A stretch of DNA of 64,000 bases from Planctomycetota bacterium (lineage in GTDB: Bacteria > Planctomycetota > JAJSAM01 > JAJVHW01), in assembly GCA_965248445.1 (NCBI GenBank), contig CBDFJG010000003.1, positions 960,001-1,024,000 on the forward strand, given 5' to 3'. Every line of letters begins with the position of its first letter. Position 1 is the stretch's first letter. The notes under the pieces were generated by a model. It saw only the letters and a list, made by a program, of their open reading frames with translations, had not been told where the DNA came from and ran no database searches. Below are positions 58,188 to 64,000 of the stretch, piece after piece. The translations under genes and the position numbers were made by a program.

Positions 58188-60563
58188 ATGACCGCCTCCT
58201 CGCCGACTCCCCGCCGCCACTTCACGACCGTCGAGCACCGCCACGTCGATCTGCCCGACCGCGTCGGCGTCATGTTCCTGGTCTCCCAAATCGTGTTTCC
58301 GTTCGGAGCCTCGCAGGTGGCTGTGCGAATGAGGGCCAACCTCGCGCTGCTGGATTCGCTCGGCGACGACGACGTCTTCGCCATCGGATTCGCGCCGGGG
58401 AACGACCCCGGAGACGTCACGCCAGCCGACCTCGGCAACATCGGTGTTGCGGCGCGAGTCATCGCGCGCCTGAAACTCCCCGACGGCTCGGAGCAGGTCA
58501 CGCTGCAGGGGCTGCAACGCCTTCACTTCGAGGACGTGACGTTCGAGTCGGGCTGGTTCACGGGGTCGGCAGCCTGCGTGCTCGAAACCCCGCCCGAACC
58601 ACGGGCCGCTGACAAGAGGGTGCGCGGGATTCTGGAACACGTCCGCAATCTGGTCGGCTTGGACGTGGGCGTACAGGAGGAGCACCTCCAGGTGCTGCAA
58701 GCCAACGTCGGCGATCCGGGCGACTTCGCCGATCTCGTCGCGGCGATGGCGGGGTTCGACAGCGACGAGCAGCGGCGGATCCTCGAGTGCATCGACGTCG
58801 GCGACCGCCTCGAGCTCGTGCACCGCTTCGTCCGTGAACAGGTGGAGTTCGCACAGGTCCGGCACGAGACCGCGGCACTGGTCCAGCACGACATCTCGAA
58901 GGCGCAGCGCGAGTACTACCTGCGCCGACAGATGAAGGTGTTGCGCGAGGAACTCGGCGAGAAGAGCCGAGAGGAAGAGGCCGCCGACGAGGCGCTCGCC
59001 CTGCTTGATAAGAGCGACCTGCCCGAAGCGGCGGAGCGCGCGGTGCGGGCGGAGATCGACCGGCTGCGGGCGACGAACGCCGCCAGTGCGGAATTCGCCG
59101 TCATCCGCAACTACGTCGACTGGATGCTGGCTCTGCCGTGGCGGAAGAGCGTGGACATCGGCATCGATCTCGACGCCGTCCGCAAGCGACTCGACGCCGA
59201 TCACTACGGGCTGGATGAGCCGAAAGAGCGCATCCTCGAGTTCCTCGCCGTGCGCAAGCTCACGGCCGGCGCGCACGCCCCCATCCTCTGCTTCGTGGGC
59301 CCGCCGGGAACCGGGAAGACGTCGCTCGCTCAGTCGATCGCCGAGGCCACCGGACGGCCGCTGGCGCGCATTGCCGTCGGCGGCGTGCGCGACGAGTCGA
59401 CGATTCGCGGCCACCGCCGCACGTACGTCGGGGCCATGCCGGGCCGTCTGATCCAGGCGATCCGCCGTGCCGGTTGCAACAACCCGGTGATGGTCATCGA
59501 CGAGGTCGACAAGCTCGGCTCCGGACCGCAAGGCGACCCGAGCGCGGCGCTGCTCGAGGTTCTCGACCGCGAGCAGAACCACGCGTTCACCGACCACTAT
59601 CTGGACGTGGCGTTCGACCTCTCGCGCGTCCTGTTCATCACGACCGCCAACGACCTGTTCGAGATCCCCGCACCGCTGCAGGACCGCATGGAAGTGATCC
59701 ACCTCTCGACCTACGTGGAAGAGGAGAAGATCGAGATCGCCAAGCGTCACCTCGTGCCGCGTGCGTCCGAGCGCACCGGGCTGCCCCACCGCGTTCGGTT
59801 CGACGTCGCGGCCCTGCGCTTGCTCGTGCGTCTCTACACCGCGGAAGCCGGCGTGCGGTCCCTCGCCAGGAAGCTCGAAGCCGTGTGCCGCAAGCTCGCA
59901 CTGCGCGTGGCGACCGGTCAGACCGCCCCGAAGCGCGTTACAGCGTCCCTGGTCGAGGAATTGCTCGGGCCGCCGCCGCTGGCCGAGACGTCGCGGCGGA
60001 GGAAGGACGAAATCGGTGTCGTGAACGGCCTTGCGTGGACGCGGCTCGGCGGCGACGTCCTCTTGGTCGAGGCGATCCGCATGCCGGGCGATGGCGGCAT
60101 TCAGATCACGGGAAGTCTCGGCGACGTGATGCGCGAGTCCGTGCAGGCCGCGCTGACGTGGGTCCGCAGCCGCGCCGAAGACCTCGACATCCACCCTGAC
60201 GACTTCGCCGATTGGGACGTACACCTCCACTTCCCGGCCGGCGCAACGCCCAAGGACGGCCCCTCCGCCGGCGTCGCGATCTGCGTTGCTCTGGTGTCGC
60301 TCTACACCCGGCGGCCGGTCCGCGCGGACGTCGCGATGACCGGCGAGGTCACGCTCCGCGGGAAGGTCATCCCGATCGGCGGACTCCGCGAGAAGCTCTC
60401 CGCCGCGGCCCGCCTGGGCATCCGCCACGTGATCATCCCACGGGACAACGAGCGCCACCTCCATCGGCTCCGAGACTCGGTCCGGTCCAAGATCGAGGTC
60501 CATCCGGTCGATCAGGTGGACGAGGCCCTCGATCTCGCGTTGCGTAAGCGCCCACGGCGTTGA
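58188..60563 (+). CDS. lon: ATP-dependent protease La (Lon)
   Basis: QREYYLR, DHYGL, GPPGTGKTS, HRRTYVGAMPG, IDEVDK, PKDGPSAG catalytic Ser, IGGLREK Lys. Confidence 0.95.
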   Translation: MTASSPTPRRHFTTVEHRHVDLPDRVGVMFLVSQIVFPFGASQVAVRMRANLALLDSLGDDDVFAIGFAPGNDPGDVTPADLGNIGVAARVIARLKLPDGSEQVTLQGLQRLHFEDVTFESGWFTGSAACVLETPPEPRAADKRVRGILEHVRNLVGLDVGVQEEHLQVLQANVGDPGDFADLVAAMAGFDSDEQRRILECIDVGDRLELVHRFVREQVEFAQVRHETAALVQHDISKAQREYYLRRQMKVLREELGEKSREEEAADEALALLDKSDLPEAAERAVRAEIDRLRATNAASAEFAVIRNYVDWMLALPWRKSVDIGIDLDAVRKRLDADHYGLDEPKERILEFLAVRKLTAGAHAPILCFVGPPGTGKTSLAQSIAEATGRPLARIAVGGVRDESTIRGHRRTYVGAMPGRLIQAIRRAGCNNPVMVIDEVDKLGSGPQGDPSAALLEVLDREQNHAFTDHYLDVAFDLSRVLFITTANDLFEIPAPLQDRMEVIHLSTYVEEEKIEIAKRHLVPRASERTGLPHRVRFDVAALRLLVRLYTAEAGVRSLARKLEAVCRKLALRVATGQTAPKRVTASLVEELLGPPPLAETSRRRKDEIGVVNGLAWTRLGGDVLLVEAIRMPGDGGIQITGSLGDVMRESVQAALTWVRSRAEDLDIHPDDFADWDVHLHFPAGATPKDGPSAGVAICVALVSLYTRRPVRADVAMTGEVTLRGKVIPIGGLREKLSAAARLGIRHVIIPRDNERHLHRLRDSVRSKIEVHPVDQVDEALDLALRKRPRR

Positions 60564-60694
60564 GGGTCTCTCTTCACGCTCCCGCCCCGTTGAAGTTTGG
60601 GCGGCGGCGGGCCCGCGGGACAATGCGGGGCTGATCTTCAGAACCCGTCGGAAGCGTCCGCCGGACCTCTCCCCGAACCCTCTCGAGTGCCCCC

Positions 60695-62797
<2,103 letters not shown>

Positions 62798-62824
62798 CGC
62801 CGAGAGGGGCAGCCGGCGCGCCGG

Positions 62825-63328
62825 CTACCGGCTTCTGAACTGGCGGAACGCGTCGTGCGCCCAGCCGTGCACCGTCCGCACGAAGAACAACTCCTGCTCT
62901 TGGTCATCCTGGCCGCGCAGACGCAGCCGCACGTGCGAGTCGTCGTCGCTTTCCTCGCCGACGACCTCCGCCTTGGCGAGCCAATCGCCGCGCGCCGCCA
63001 CCTCGCTCGAGGTGAGAACGAACCGAGCGAGCGCATCGTCCTCGCTGCCGTCGGCGTAGTACCCGGCGGTCTGCCCGCCTCCGGGGAAGATCTCGGCAAT
63101 CGAGTCACCGCGTTCCAGGCGGGCGCGGACCTCGCGCACCTGACTCCGGTAGAACGCGCGGGACTCAGGATCGTGCAGCTGAGCGATGCGCTCACCGTCG
63201 TCATCCGCGAGCGCCGAGCGCAGTGCGTCCAGCGCTTCACGCGCCGTCGCCGGCTCGCTGCTGCACGCGGCGAACAGAGCAGGTACGAGGATGAGGATCA
63301 CGATGGCCAGCGCGCGTCGGAACAGCAT
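62825..63328 (-). CDS. Hypothetical lipoprotein (possible NTF2-like fold)
   Basis: Lipobox FAAC; helix-helix followed by beta-meander ending ELFFVRTVHGW. Confidence 0.65.
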   Translation of the reverse strand: MLFRRALAIVILILVPALFAACSSEPATAREALDALRSALADDDGERIAQLHDPESRAFYRSQVREVRARLERGDSIAEIFPGGGQTAGYYADGSEDDALARFVLTSSEVAARGDWLAKAEVVGEESDDDSHVRLRLRGQDDQEQELFFVRTVHGWAHDAFRQFRSR

Positions 63329-63330
63329 GG

Positions 63331-63873
63331 CTAGTCCAGCGACATCAGCAGCCAGTCACCGTCCTCGCCGGGACGAGCGCGCATCGTGTGGTCGTCGCCG
63401 GTCGAGGAGATCCAGTGCACCAGCATGTCGCCGGGTACGTCGGGCGCGGGCTCGGTCCGGGAGATCCGGGCCTCCGTCATGAACACCTCGCTCGCCTGCC
63501 CGCCTCGCCCCCAGATCGCGGGGTACTCGAAGCTCATGTACTCCTCGATCGAGCAGTTGGACTGGTGTGTGAGGTCCGTGGCCCCAGGGTTCTTCCTGTA
63601 GAACTCGCGCGACTCCTCGACACGGACTCTGAACTCGTTCTGCTGATCGGGGTGCAGCCGGAACCAGGTCGCTTCCCACTCCCCGGCGGCGCCGAGCAGT
63701 CGGACCTCCTCGAACAGATCCTCGGGCGAGTCCGCGCCTCCGCCGCTGCACGCCGCCATCAGGCCCGCTGACGCTGCGGCGAGCAGGCCCAGGATCAGCA
63801 TGACCGTCGCGACTCCGCGACCGACGCTCCCCGAGCCGGCCGGCGCGGACTCCTTGCGGTTCTGGGCTTCCAT
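63331..63873 (-). CDS. Hypothetical lipoprotein, probable paralogue of the downstream gene
   Basis: Hydrophobic segment and lipobox MAAC; same layout ending MRARPGEDGDWLL; start at MEAQNRK. Confidence 0.6.
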   Translation of the reverse strand: MEAQNRKESAPAGSGSVGRGVATVMLILGLLAAASAGLMAACSGGGADSPEDLFEEVRLLGAAGEWEATWFRLHPDQQNEFRVRVEESREFYRKNPGATDLTHQSNCSIEEYMSFEYPAIWGRGGQASEVFMTEARISRTEPAPDVPGDMLVHWISSTGDDHTMRARPGEDGDWLLMSLD

Positions 63874-64000
63874 CCCGGCGATCATACCAGCGCATGCAGG
63901 ACCGCGTTCCGCCGCCAGAAGACGGCACACTGCCGGATCTCGAGCCCGCCGAGTACCGCCGGTACGGGCGTCACCTGACGCTGTCGGAGGTCGGCGAGGA

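Noticed and set aside
62811..62826. 16-bp perfect palindrome AGCCGGCGCGCCGGCT between convergent genes
   Set aside because: Almost all G/C and probably just a terminator-like hairpin; not distinctive

Overview
High-GC, gene-dense bacterial chromosomal segment. Gene content and style (PilM fusion, TPR-rich secretins, several ExbD paralogues, sulfatase-like/TPR protein) suggest a Planctomycetota-like organism; this is inference only. Left to right: cysteine dioxygenase / glutamate-cysteine-ligase-CBS / M14 desuccinylase cluster; a 163-bp inverted-repeat element; a glyoxylate/hydroxypyruvate reductase and a glycerate kinase cut off by an IS1595-family element whose two ends carry NrdR-box-like motifs; tRNA-Lys(CTT); DMT transporter; family-4 uracil-DNA glycosylase. 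Next is an 18.4-kb co-oriented envelope locus (9409-27827): a degenerate PilM-PilN-FN3-like fusion, two paralogous lipoprotein TPR-secretins, two exported TPR proteins, one ExbB/TolQ, four ExbD/TolR (a duplicated pair) and a Thr-nucleophile sulfatase-like enzyme, with no ATPase, pilin, PilC or TonB in the window. This is the best candidate for an undescribed system, possibly a proton-motive-force-driven secretin machine. After it come a HAD hydrolase, a two-gene exported-protein cassette, RidA, two interleaved peptide ABC transporters, fatty-acid desaturase, coaD, lptD, a frameshifted comEC, O-methyltransferase, MazG-like pyrophosphatase, a third 'mini-secretin' lipoprotein with two tandem secretin-core segments, flavin reductase, trkAH, lon, a stand-alone EF-G and two lipoproteins. 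Non-coding highlights: a ladder of ATGA-coupled uORFs feeding the second secretin, an 18-bp tandem array between oppA and oppB, ECF-type promoter motifs, and several apparently leaderless genes. All calls were made by eye from motifs; no database searches were run.
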